A stretch of DNA of 64,000 bases from Lytechinus pictus (lineage: Eukaryota). The stretch's first letter is position 1. Every line of letters begins with the position of its first letter. The notes beneath the pieces are model-generated. The model saw nothing but the letters and a program-made list of their open reading frames with translations, was not told the DNA's origin and searched no databases. The stretch is from assembly GCF_037042905.1 (NCBI RefSeq), contig NC_087245.1, forward strand, positions 35,156,001-35,220,000. The letters run 5' to 3'. The position numbers and the translations under genes were made by a program. Below are positions 52,645-64,000 of this stretch, one piece after another.

Positions 52645-53057
52645 TAGACAGCTGGCAGCCGTCTGTTTCGAGGAGTTTTTTAACTTTTTTTTTTTTTTTT
52701 TTTAAATTTCTCCTCGTACACAGACGGCTCGCTAGCGTGCAGCCACCATTAGGGGACTTGCAATGCAAAATCCCCCCGTCGGGGCTCTTCAATTTTTGTC
52801 TTTAATGAATAAAAATTTTGAAAATTAACGCCACCAAAATGCAAATTAATATTCCCTCTTGGCATTAATTGCTAAAAAACGGAGAAAAATCTAGTTAAAA
52901 GGAACAAAAACAGTGACTTACCTCGGCTGTCGCGCAAATTCACTTCCCCGTTTTATCCGATCTTAAGTACATAAACATATGGCCATTGAGTCCCCTGTAC
53001 AGATCGCGCTAGAACTTCGGTCTCTGTATTTGGTGAGTGAAGCCAACGGAGTTCGGT
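52645..53057 (-). mobile_element. Inverted, internally deleted and truncated relative of element B (element C)
   Basis: 52645-52932 mirrors 52353-52635, and 52980-53057 mirrors ~51750-51823. Confidence 0.62.
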
Positions 53058-53784
53058 AATCCTGGGTTTTAGGGGCGTAAAATATCTGTATACATTACCG
53101 GCCTCCAACTTCAGCCAAATCATCCAAGCATAGTATGGACTGCTAAAAGGGCAAATATTCAAATATTATTGGGCTGTTTTCAACATTTTTGTCTCGCATG
53201 CTGGGCCTTGTTATTATGTGGATCTTTTCTTGAAACTTTGGCACTAATGCAATTAAGTTTCACTGACCGAGTTGAAGGTCACATGATCAAAGTCAAAGGT
53301 CATTTAGGGTAAAATTTTTAATTGCATCTGAAATATACGTTTATAGACCTGCATTTTCCCATATATACAACCGCATGTTCTTATTGAAGTTACCAACTTG
53401 AACAATATTTAATCATGACTGTCTCCCCCCCCCCTCCCCTTTGTTTTTCTCCAGCAGTGCTCTACTTGGTCAGAAATTATGGAGTGAGATCACTTGACAA
53501 ACCCGATGCAAGAATTGGATGGCAGAGCCAGATACATTACCAGGCATTTCATCAACGGTCTATAATAAATGATGATAAAAAAGAACAACAGATAAACTAT
53601 ATTTTGACTTAAGGGGGGGGGGGGAGGGGGGAGTATTTCAAGCCATTTTTTAGGAGAGAAGATCAACTTTGAAAATATTAATATATCCCCTAATGTAACT
53701 GCCGGGTTTGAGGGGTATAAATTATTTTGGGGGCTGAAGGGGGGTACTTCCAAGAAATCTACATTTGAGTGGAGGGGGGGGGGG

Positions 53785-56700
53785 GTTTAGGGGCATAAAC
53801 TATTTTTTGACTTGAGGTGGGGGGTACTTCCAAGAACCCAACATTAAATTGGAGAGGGGATGAAATTGGACTATATATATTACCGTATTGTACCTACTGG
53901 GTTTTAGGGGCATAAACTATTTTAGGGATTTGAAGGGGGGGGGGGTACTTCCAAGAACGCTACATTTAATTGGAAAGGGGATGAAATTGGCCTATATATA
54001 TTACCGTATTGTACCTACTGGGTTTTAGGGGCATAAACTATCTTAGGGACTTGAAGGGGGGGGGGTACTTCCAAGAAGCCAACATTTAATTGGAAAGGGG
54101 ATGAAAATGGCCTATATATATTACCGTATTGTACCTACTGGGTTTTAGGGGCATAAACTATTTTTTGGCTTGAGGGGGGGGGGGTACTTCCAAGAACGCT
54201 ACATTTAATTGGAAAGGGGATGAAATTGGCCTATATATATTACCGTATTGTACCTACTGGGTTTTAGGGGCATAAACTATTTTAGGGATTTGAAGGGGGG
54301 GGGGTACTTCCAAGAACGCTACATTTAATTGGAAAGGGGATGAAATTGGCCTATATATATTACCGTATTGTACCTACTGGGTTTTAGGGGCATAAACTAT
54401 TTTTTGGCTTGAGGGGGGGGGGTACTTCCAAGAACGCTACATTTAATTGGAAAGGGGATGAAATTGGCCTATATATATTACCGTATTGTACCTACTGGGT
54501 TTTAGGGGCATAAACTATTTTAGGGACTTGAAGGGGGGGTGGTACTTCCAAGAAGCCAACATTTAATTGGAAAGGGGATGAAATTGGCCTATATATATTA
54601 CCGTATTGTACCTACTGGGTTTTAGGGGCATAAACTATTTTAGGGACTTGAAGGGGGGGGGGTACTTCCAAGAAGCCAACATTTAATTGGAAAGGGGATG
54701 AAATTGGACTATATATTACCGTATTGTACCTACTGGGTTTTAGGGGCATAAACTATTTTTTGGCTTGGGGGGGGGGTACTTCCAAGAACGCTACATTTAA
54801 TTGGAAAGGGGATGAAATTGGCCTATATATATTACCGTATTGTACCTACTGGGTTTTAGGGGCATAAAGTATTTTAGGGACTTGAAAGGGGGGGGGGGGT
54901 ACTTCCAAGAACGCTACATTTAATTGGAAAGGGGATGGAATTGGCCTATATATATTACCGTATTGTACCTACTGGGTTTTAGGGGCATAAACTATTTTTT
55001 GGCTTGAGGGGGGGGGGGTACTTCCAAGAACGCTACATTTAATTGGAAAGGGGATGAAATTGGCCTATATATATTACCGTATTGTACCTACTGGGTTTTA
55101 GGGGCATAAACTATTTTAGGGACTTGAAGGGGGGGGGTGGTACTTCCAAGAAGCCAACATTTAATTGGAAAGGGGATGAAAATGGCCTATATATATTACC
55201 GTATTGTACCTACTGGGTTTTAGGGGCATAAACTATTTTTTGGCTTGGGGGGTGTACTTCCAAGAACGCTACATTTAATTGGAAAGGGGATGAAATTGGC
55301 CTATATATATTACCGTATTGTACCTACTGGGTTTTAGGGGCATAAACTATTTTTTGGCTTGGGGGGGGGGGGGTACTTCCAAGAACGCTACATTTAATTG
55401 GAAAGGGGATGAAATTGGCCTATATATATTACCGTATTGTACCTACTGGGTTTTAGGGGCATAAACTATTTTAGGGACTTGAAGGGGGGGGGGTGGTACT
55501 TCCAAGAAGCCAACATTTAATTGGAAAGGGGATGAAATTGGCCTATATATATTACCGTATTGTACCTACTGGGTTTTAGGGGCATAAACTATTTTAGGGA
55601 CTTGAAGGGGGGGGGGGTACTTCCAAGAAGCCAACATTTAATTGGAGAGGGGATGAAATTGTCCTATATATATTACCGTATTGTACCTACTGGGTTTTAG
55701 GGGCATAAACTATTTTAGGGATTTGAAGGGGGGGGGGGGTACTTCCAAGAACGCTACATTTAATTGGAAAGGGGATGAAATTGTCCTATATATATTACCG
55801 TATTGTACCTACTGGGTTTTAGGGGCATAAACTATTTTAGGGATTTGAAGGGGGGGGGGTACTTCCAAGAACGCTACATTTAATTGGAAAGGGGATGAAA
55901 TTGGCCTATATATATTACCGTATTGTACCTACTGGGTTTTAGGGGCATAAACTATTTTAGGGACTTGAAGGGGGGGGGGGTACTTCCAAGAAGCCAACAT
56001 TTAATTGGAGAGGGGATGAAATTGTCCTATATATATTACCGTATTGTACCTACTGGGTTTTAGGGGCATAAACTATTTTAGGGATTTGAAGGGGGGGGGG
56101 TACTTCCAAGAACGCTACATTTAATTGGAAAGGGGATGAAATTGGCCTATATATATTACCGTATTGTACCTACTGGGTTTTAGGGGCATAAACTATTTTA
56201 GGGACTTGAAGGGGGGGGGGGTACTTCCAAGAAGCCAACATTTAATTGGAAAGGGGATGAAATTGGCCTATATATATTACCGTATTGTACCTACTGGGTT
56301 TTAGGGGCATAAATTATTTTAGGGACTTGAAGGGGGGGGGGGGTACTTCCAAGAAGCCAACATTTAATTGGAAAGGGGATGAAATTGGACTATATATATT
56401 ACCGTATTGTACCTACTGGGTTTTAGGGGCATAAACTATTTTTTGGCTTGGGGGGTACTTCCAAGAACGCTACATTTAATTGGAAAGGGGATGAAATTGG
56501 CCTATATATATTACCGTATTGTACCTACTGGGTTTTAGGGGCATAAACTATTTTTTGGCTTGAGGGGGGGGGGGGTACTTCCAAGAACGCTACATTTAAT
56601 TGGAAAGGGGATGAAATTGGCCTATATATATTACCGTATTGTACCTACTGGGTTTTAGGGGCATAAACTATTTTAGGGACTTGAAGGGGGGGTGGTACTT

Positions 56701-56815
56701 CCAAGAAGCCAACATTTAATTGGAAAGGGGATGAAATTGGCCTATATATATTACCGTATTGTACCTACTGGGTTTTAGGGGCATAAACTATTTTAGGGAC
56801 TTGAAGGGGGGGGGT
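53785..56815 (+). repeat. ~120-bp tandem satellite, ~25 copies, with a variable poly-G tract
   Basis: Unit ctgggttttaggggcataaactatttt...G(6-13)tacttccaagaa...ttaccgtattgtaccta. Degenerate precursor units lie at 53595-53785. Confidence 0.97.
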
Positions 56816-58560
56816 TCGAGTGAGGGTGATTACAGTCCCTTGCACGTGAGATGAGAGGGGATCAATAATTTCTGTCTTTTACTTTTAAAGCAAAAGCAGC
56901 ACTTTTCGCCCGATAGGGGGGAAAATATGGATAAAAATATTTTTCAGTTCATTACCGTCCTGTTGGTGAAAGCTGGTTCTGCTCTTGATTACCATAAAGA
57001 GATGATATATTGTATTTTGTATTTTTGATGTTGTCTGTTGTTAGGGTGTCCAGAACATTTTTCTATCTTTTTTATTAGGCAAAATGTGCTTTGTTCATAT
57101 CTAACATAGATAAGAATTCATCTATCTAAGACCACTTACCAAGGTTAGATGTTGTAAGATCATCCAGGAAAGCTATAATTTGAGGTTGAAATTTCCCTTT
57201 TTCCCGAATAAAAATGCACCGATATTCCGCGCGAGCCCTTGAAAATCACGTCCTCCCGGTGCGTTCAAAGTTGTACAGTGTATTGCGAATTGGACCCTTC
57301 GCGGCCTCATATCGCATAGACGCACGTCAGTCGCTTAATGAAAACTGCTGCCGTTATATGCTTTTAATGTACTGGTGTATGGTTTAATGCCCTTGACCTT
57401 GTCATGTTAAATTATCAAAATTGCATACATTCTTAATGTTATTTAAGAACGATGAAATCTAATTCAAACACCTGTGTTCACTGATATTATATCATGAAGA
57501 TATGAACCTACTATTATAGTATTATGTATAATGTAAAATTTTACTTCCACGGCATTAACCAATTGTGATTACTTTATTCTATATTCCGAAGGTGACTTTC
57601 TATTTTAGTCAGGCTGTACGTTTTACTGCTAAATTTCGACTGTTGGCGGTGACGCCCTTTGGAGGTGAGTTTCACAATCCGTATGCCCATGAACAAACGT
57701 GTTTTTACGATTGTTTCAGAAACGGATTTTGATTTCTTTTTTTTATTGGTCACATCATGGGCACTGATGACGAGTGTGACTTTACTTTTCATTTTTGATA
57801 GCTATATGCTCCTTTTAAAATCTGCGATATTATTTCTATGGCATTTTATAAACCATTTGTGATTATTTTATTCCATATGCCGAAGCAAACTATTTCTATT
57901 TTACCATTTATTTGTGATTATTATTATTATTATATAAATAGGTGGCGGAAGCGGGGGGGGGGGGGGCGTGTCCCCCTAAATGTAAGGTAAAGGGGACTAA
58001 ATTTTTAGTTGATAATCTTTTTTTTGGCTTGTCAAATTTGTTTCCTGCGCCCCCCCCCTCCCGCCCTAAATTCACGTGGACCCCACCTGAAATGTTTGTG
58101 ACCCCCCCTGAAATTTATATTTTACGTTGATGACCTTTTTTATAATTTTAAAGCACAAAAATCTATGGGAGATTTTAGGGTAAGTTGCCTTGCCACTCCC
58201 GCTTCCCAGGGTCATGCTGAACAGTCAAAAGTGGGGATACATGTATAAGCATATTGACCTATATTTTCCATCTTTTTTTTTAGGGGGGGTACGATATTGT
58301 CCTTTCAGAAGAGGAAGTGCCCTCTTTCTCTTGTGCCCCCCACCACCCTTTCAACTTCGCTATACGCCGCCGCCGCTGAAATAGTAATGTATAGTAAAAT
58401 TGATTGTTTGTAATTATTCCTTGATTTGTTTAAGTAGATTTAACGTTGTCATTGAATTTACTTCAGGTTTTATTATGGCTGATTCGGATGAGCTAGATTC
58501 ATTTGATGCAAAGATGTCCCTCCCCTCCCCGCTTCTGCGGCCCCTGAAAGTGATAGTTTG

Positions 58561-58594
58561 GACCAATCAGCATTCATCCATTCCGACCAATCAG
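58561..58594 (+). promoter_or_regulatory. Tandem CCAAT boxes (GACCAATCAG x2) upstream of the SGNH gene
   Basis: Identical 10-mers at 58561 and 58585, 80-115 bp before the ATG at 58675. Confidence 0.4.
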
Positions 58595-58674
58595 GACTCT
58601 GAATCCTACCAAGCAAATACATGAACAGTTATACTGGCCTAGCGTGCTTTGCCATACTTCATAAAGAAATAAAA

Positions 58675-59846
58675 ATGTCGAAAGGCACGGGCCAGAGGGC
58701 AAAGGCAGAGAAGTTCATGAAGGGCAGCAGTGGAAAGACCCATGCAGTGTGGTCCAATGGTGTGGACATCAATAGGAAGGTGCGATATAGTTTAACAAAA
58801 ATTTATAAGTTTCTGATTTGGTTAGATTTAGGCATGAATTTCTTAATGAGAAAATACTCCCACGGGCTCCCATGCAAAAAATAATGACAATACAAGGAAT
58901 TAGTATGTTGAGACGATGTCGAGCATTGAGGGGAAGGGAAGTAATCACATATATTTTGTTCATGTAACATAATCACTACAATAACATATATTTCATAGAC
59001 AATCTATTTTAGGGATGCTATAATCATGTATTATTGTTATTTTTTCAGCTGGTTGTAATATTTGGAGATTCCCAAATGAGGGCAATTGTCCAGGGTAATT
59101 ACCGACACAAGTGGCCATTTTTCAACGTCATCGTGAACTGCACCCCAGGGGCAACCTGTGCTCACTTGAAGGAGGAGATACGTCAGTATGTCTATCCGAA
59201 GCGCCCAGACTTCATCGTCCTCCAGGTGGGAACCAACAACGTAAGGGCCAAAAACTGGCAGGGAGCCCTTGGAGAGGCGAAGATCCAGTTCCGCCAGCAA
59301 GTATGTCTGTCATGTGAGTACATTATCTTCATGTATTAGCACATTTGCGGAAATTCTATTCATTGTGATAAAATGTGAAGGTTCACATAAAGGTCAAGTG
59401 TTTCGCCAGTCTATAATGTGCGGAAGAGTTAATGAAAACATAACAATATTTGCCGTATCGTTTTGTTGTCTTAAAAAAATATACCTCTTGATATATTTTC
59501 TACTCCTGAATAATTGTTATTGTTATGCTGTCTGCTTTTAGTTTGATTAGCAGGATAGTAAATTAATTATGATTGTTATTGATATGATGTTGATTTGGGG
59601 AATATTATATACAGGGGCCGCGGAACGGTTTTCAAAGGGGGGGGGGGGGGCTGACCATGCAAAAAAAATCACAATCATAATAATTTGTACGTTTTTGTAC
59701 ACGGTTTTGGAAAAAAAAGTGGGGGACTGAAGCCCCCCCCCCCCCCCCGTTTCCGCAGCCCCAGATATACTAGGCTACATTCATGAATGAGGGAATATTT
59801 TCGTTAGATTTTGCAGATGGTATACAAGTAATGACTCTCGACCCCC

Positions 59847-59877
<31 letters not shown>

Positions 59878-60124
59878 CCACCTCCAGGTCATAGCGGTAG
59901 GAATACCACCACGTCTTGATGAACCTGGCAAGTTCGTAGATGTATACAATGGTTGTTTTCGGAGGATAGCCCTGGAGGAGGGAGTAGGCTGGCTGGACGT
60001 CGACCACCTCTTCGCGACCAACCAACCTATTCTCTGGGCCAGAGATGGACTCCACCTAAGTGACAACGCTGGGATCCCTCGATTCATGGATTTCATCTCT
60101 GGCCACTTGGCCAAGCTTTGTTAA
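58675..60124 (+). CDS. SGNH/GDSL-family hydrolase (esterase), ~197 aa, exons 58675-58779, 59049-59300, 59888-60124
   Basis: Both introns are GT-AG and phase 0. Block I VIFGDSQ, block II TPGAT, block III LQVGTNN, block V RDGLHL. Exon 1 is the least certain, and a short exon may be missing in intron 2. Confidence 0.85.
59612..59764. mobile_element. CAGGGGCCGCGGAA-ended MITE in intron 2 of the SGNH gene
   Basis: Homologous to 45481-45634, with flanking 5-bp repeat ATATA. Confidence 0.8.
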
Positions 60125-60928
60125 GTGCATGCAGTGCAAGATAGGCCAAGTCTCCAGGAATATCCTCCTATTAGATATCAGATATTTTATTTCATAACGT
60201 ATTTATGGGTATTAAATACTTTGAACCCCCGAATCTTGAACTATTAATGCATCTTTCATTGACTCATGTTGTATGGTTATCTCTCCCCATCCCATATGGT
60301 CTAAATCTAACAATATATCTCTGATGTTTTGGGGTTTTTTAAAGTTCAAACAAGGTCTGTGAATGAGATAAGGGACTAAATTGAAACATATTGGAGATAT
60401 TGAAAGAGATGGTGAATAATAATGTTAAGAATCGAATGAAATTGATGTATAAAAGAGAGTGCGAAGGGCGGGGTACCAAAGAAGGGGAAACCGAAAGGGG
60501 GCTGAGATCGAGAGAAACCGCAGTAGAGAGAGGGGAAAGAAAGTGGGATAAAATAGTTGTAGAAAGAGAGAGTGGAAGAAGGAAATGGAAAGAGAGGCTT
60601 AAATTATCAAAAAGAGTAGTAGTAGTAGTAGTAGAGAAAGAGATTGGAGTCGATGGATTTCAGCAGCAATTTGCTGTCGATGGGGGTTGGGGCGGCGCAG
60701 CAAATTCGAAAGTGGGGGAGGGCACTTCCAACTAATATTTTTAAAAATAACATTGGGAGGGAGGTGGTAATAAACGATTCCTGGTTGAGCGCCATTGGAA
60801 CTGCCCCAATGGCCCTGCCCAGGCCCTCTTTTCACCCCGTAGGGTACGGCGAGGAGTTAGTTCCGTTTTAAAATTTATGGATGGTATAGTTGCCAGAAAA
60901 TTAAAGCTACCTTGGGCGAGGCTAGCTG

Positions 60929-61070
60929 TTTTTTCGTCTCGCCTGCATAGCAGAGCGAGAATAAAGGCGACGCTTTTCCGGCGGCGGCGTCAAAATAAAA
61001 TCTTAACCTATGAGGTTGAGGTTTTGAAATAGCATAACATAGAATCTAGTTCTTAGAACTATGACATGAT
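60929..61070 (+). mobile_element. 5' fragment of the Helentron-type element
   Basis: ttttt(c)gtctcgcctgcatagcagagcgaga...cgcttttccggcggcggcgtcaa. Confidence 0.75.
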
Positions 61071-61958
61071 AAAATGTACAAACACATATAATTTTACAAA
61101 AATTATAATACAGTACATTTTATAGAATGAAAAATGAGCTGGGATGTACTCACAAACTGGCTTAATAAGCATTAACTTTAGGAAAGAAATGTGCACCTGT
61201 GTGGGAAGAAGCATGTGTAAAAACAAACAAAATGCCAGAGGTCATGATAATTGTTGCTGAAGATACAATTTTGTATCCTCGGTCATGACCACTAGACTAC
61301 AGCGAACATAAGATTATCTTAGATCTATCTGATAACGAAGGCGTAATAAAAGTGTATGTAATGATAACCATACAAATCAATACAAATAAACATACCAGTG
61401 GCATACCGTGGGTTACTGCATTAGGGGGGGGGGCACCAGCAAAGTTTTAAGTCACTTTTAGTGAGCGCGCGAAGCGCGCTCAGTTGACAGGTATACTTAC
61501 CTAATAGAGACATTGCAAGAACAGTGCCATTAAACGGATATGTAATTTCATAGGGTATAATAAATGGAATTTTCTTCGCCTAACCAACTCCTGTTTGACG
61601 CCCATTCTGTACTCTCATAAAAACCAGCTCTCAGCCTTGACTCATTCACCAACAGGAGACGGTGGGCTTCTACTTTTGGGGGCAAAAGTTAAAGTGATCA
61701 CATGTGTGTTTATTTCGATGAGATGTGATTTTCGATATGAAAATTGAGACGAAACATTTAAGAAAAAACGAAACATTGTTTTACTACACATAGGGCCTAC
61801 TTTGCTAATACATTGGTCGAAAAAATTAGACATCATTATTCGCGTAATCTTCTAAAATTGGCCCTTGCCATGAATTATCCATGGCACCGCTGCCGTCATC
61901 ATTAGCGTCAAGTTCGGCTTCTACAGAATCGTATTCTACGAAACATTCATTTACCCCA

Positions 61959-62140
61959 GTGTGTGTGTGTATTGGAGTTTTGTCAGACGTTTATCAATCA
62001 GATATGATTATTTACATTTGGGACCGACCTTTAACGTCACCATCCAAAATACGTGACCAGGGTTCGAACCTCGAACCTCTGCATCAATTTGCAACTTCCC
62101 CACATAGCTTGGATTACAGGCGCACGCCACAACGCCCAGT
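61959..62140 (-). mobile_element. SINE with a 7SL (Alu-domain)-like head, B-box-like segment, central domain and (CA)n tail
   Basis: Minus strand reads ACTGGGCGTTGTGGCGTGCGCCTGTAATCCAAGCTATGTGGGGAAG...GGTTCGAACCC...GACGTTAAAGGTCGGTCCC...ACACACACACAC. Confidence 0.72.
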
Positions 62141-62489
62141 TTTAGAAGCAATATAGCCTTTGAACCAGACGTTGTCGCCTTCAACGTCAAATTTATGCAT
62201 CATATGTTTGCCCACTACATCTTGTATTGTAAGTTCACTTAGCTTTAAGTCCCCATTGCAGTGTTGTTGTTGTTGTTCATAGTTATCTTGACATGTATTT
62301 TTAACTGCAGGGCGCCTTTGTAAAGCAGTTTTAAGAACTGAACAGGCCTACCATGCAGTATAAAATAAATAAAACAAAATAAATATAAATAAATAAATAA
62401 TAATTTAAAAGTTCCCGTGGCATTATCATTTTTTTCTAGATTTTCTACAAGCATTCGACAATGTGAACTACTCATTTTTGTTTAAAACA

Positions 62490-63800
62490 TTAAAGTTTAA
62501 GGAATCGTTTATAAATTGGACTAAGATGTTACATAAACATGCTCAAGGTAGAGTACTACAATGTGGTTGGTTATCAGAATCATTTCATATTTATAAAGGT
62601 ATAAGACAAGGGTGTTCAATGTCGGTATAGAGGTTTTTTTTCAGAGATTTTAGCAATTCCTATTAAAGAAAATGATGAAATCAGAGGTATAGATGTTTCA
62701 GGAAATTGTTTGTGCTAACCACATCGAGAGATAAAAAATAACACATTTCGCAGACGATACGACGATATTTATTAATTCGATTAAATCCCTTTATAATGTT
62801 ATGAAAGATGAATAATTTCGGTTCCAAAAGTTCCAAATTAAATTGGAATAATACAAATATATTAAAAATAGGGATATTTAACTTAGAAAGAAGCGAGTTT
62901 GATTTTACAGATGATCCTGTTAAGTATTTAGGAATATCTGTGGGGGGTGAAGAGCATATGCGAAAGCTCATTTGGGGATTGGAAAATTGAAAATGTCAAT
63001 AACATACTAAAAACATGGACAATGAGTCAGCTTACATGTAACAGTATATTGATTATTATGAAATTTTGTGCCTCAAATCGTATATGTTGGTACGTTTTTT
63101 CCAATGCCAGACTTTGTATGCAAGAGTTACATAAGATAATATATTTTTATGGAATTCAATGCTTGAGAAAGTTAAACGTAATATTTGTGTCAGACCAATA
63201 GTTGAAGGTGGTCTTGGTATGATCGATCTATATTCGAAATCAAAATCAATTATATTGTCTTTGATAAATTCCTTTTTAAATAATTATGATACAGTCTGGA
63301 ATACACTTTTCTCGTTTTGGTTAAGGTACATAGGAGAAATTCCCTACTGTATTCAAATAAATTGTCATCCAAAACACATGTTCAAGCTTCGTCGATAAAA
63401 GGGTTTACCAATGTTTTATATTGAATATCTATAGAAATGGGCTCAATTACGTTATATAAATGAGCAAAATGTTTTAAAAAAAACATCGTAAAAAATTATC
63501 GAATAATATTAATATTGGAATGGAAAGAAGCTTCATATATTAAGTTGTATATACAGATAAATGGAAAGATATATCATTTTTCGAAAGCTTATTTTTTGGT
63601 TGATGTTGATAATTTAGTACACAGTTTTACATTTCAAAAAAAAAAAACATTTCCTGCTCATTGGTTAGAAAGAATAAGTATACGATTAAAGAAAAACAAA
63701 ATGACTCTCCAGAACAAGAAGTTCCGATACATCTGTTGGTGAACGTATTAATATAACTTTCACCAGAGCGAGAAAAAATATTACCGGTATTTGTTGTTTA
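62490..63800 (+). pseudogene. Decayed non-LTR retrotransposon ORF2 (reverse transcriptase, L1/Tx1-like), 5'-truncated
   Basis: Motifs in the expected order across frameshifts: GWLSESFHIYKGIRQGC, EIRGI, THFADDTT, KLNWNNT, PVKYLGI, RPIVEGGLGMIDL. Confidence 0.9.
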
Positions 63801-63809
63801 TACAAAAAG

Positions 63810-63860
63810 TTTTTTGTCTCACCTGCATAGCAGAGTGAGACTATAGGCGCCGCTTTTCCG

Positions 63861-63899
<39 letters not shown>

Positions 63900-64000
63900 T
63901 CAACACCAAATCTTAACCTGAGGTTAAGTTTTTGAAATGACAGCATAACTTAGAAAGTATATGGTCCTAGTTCATGAAACTTGGCCATAAGGTTAATCAA
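63810..64000 (+). mobile_element. 5' end of a Helentron-type element running off the window
   Basis: TTTTTGTCTCACCTGCATAGCAGAGTGAGACTATAGGCGCCGCTTTTCCGA(CGG)n, same family as 28335 and 36147. Confidence 0.85.

Noticed and set aside
53897..56815. Telomeric repeat tract (TTTTAGGG)
   Set aside because: The motif occurs only once or twice per 120-bp unit, not as contiguous telomeric repeats.
60391..60735. 114-aa charged (E/K/R-rich) ORF
   Set aside because: It derives from a purine-rich low-complexity tract in a dispersed repeat whose partner at ~37850-38260 does not preserve the frame.

Overview
AT-rich, repeat-dense eukaryotic (animal) genomic DNA, not prokaryotic. The repeat types resemble those of marine invertebrate deuterostomes such as sea urchins (inference). 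Most listed ORFs are spurious. The only well-supported intact gene is a 3-exon SGNH/GDSL hydrolase (58675-60124, +). A decayed L1/Tx1-type reverse transcriptase lies at ~62490-63800. The rest is mobile elements (many with verifiable TIRs and target-site duplications), four tandem arrays (31 bp, 157 bp, ~120 bp, and a 13-kb array of ~1.2-kb exon-like modules) and large palindromes. The most notable observations are: (1) a 1.2-kb Transib/RAG-like element with CACAGTG ends, bipartite RSS-like TIRs and a 5-bp TSD confirmed by nesting; (2) a SINE with a 7SL (Alu-domain)-like head; (3) three elements stacked at one target site and separated by the same GTCGAGAC(T) spacer; (4) an intron-containing SGNH gene next to satellite and palindrome blocks.
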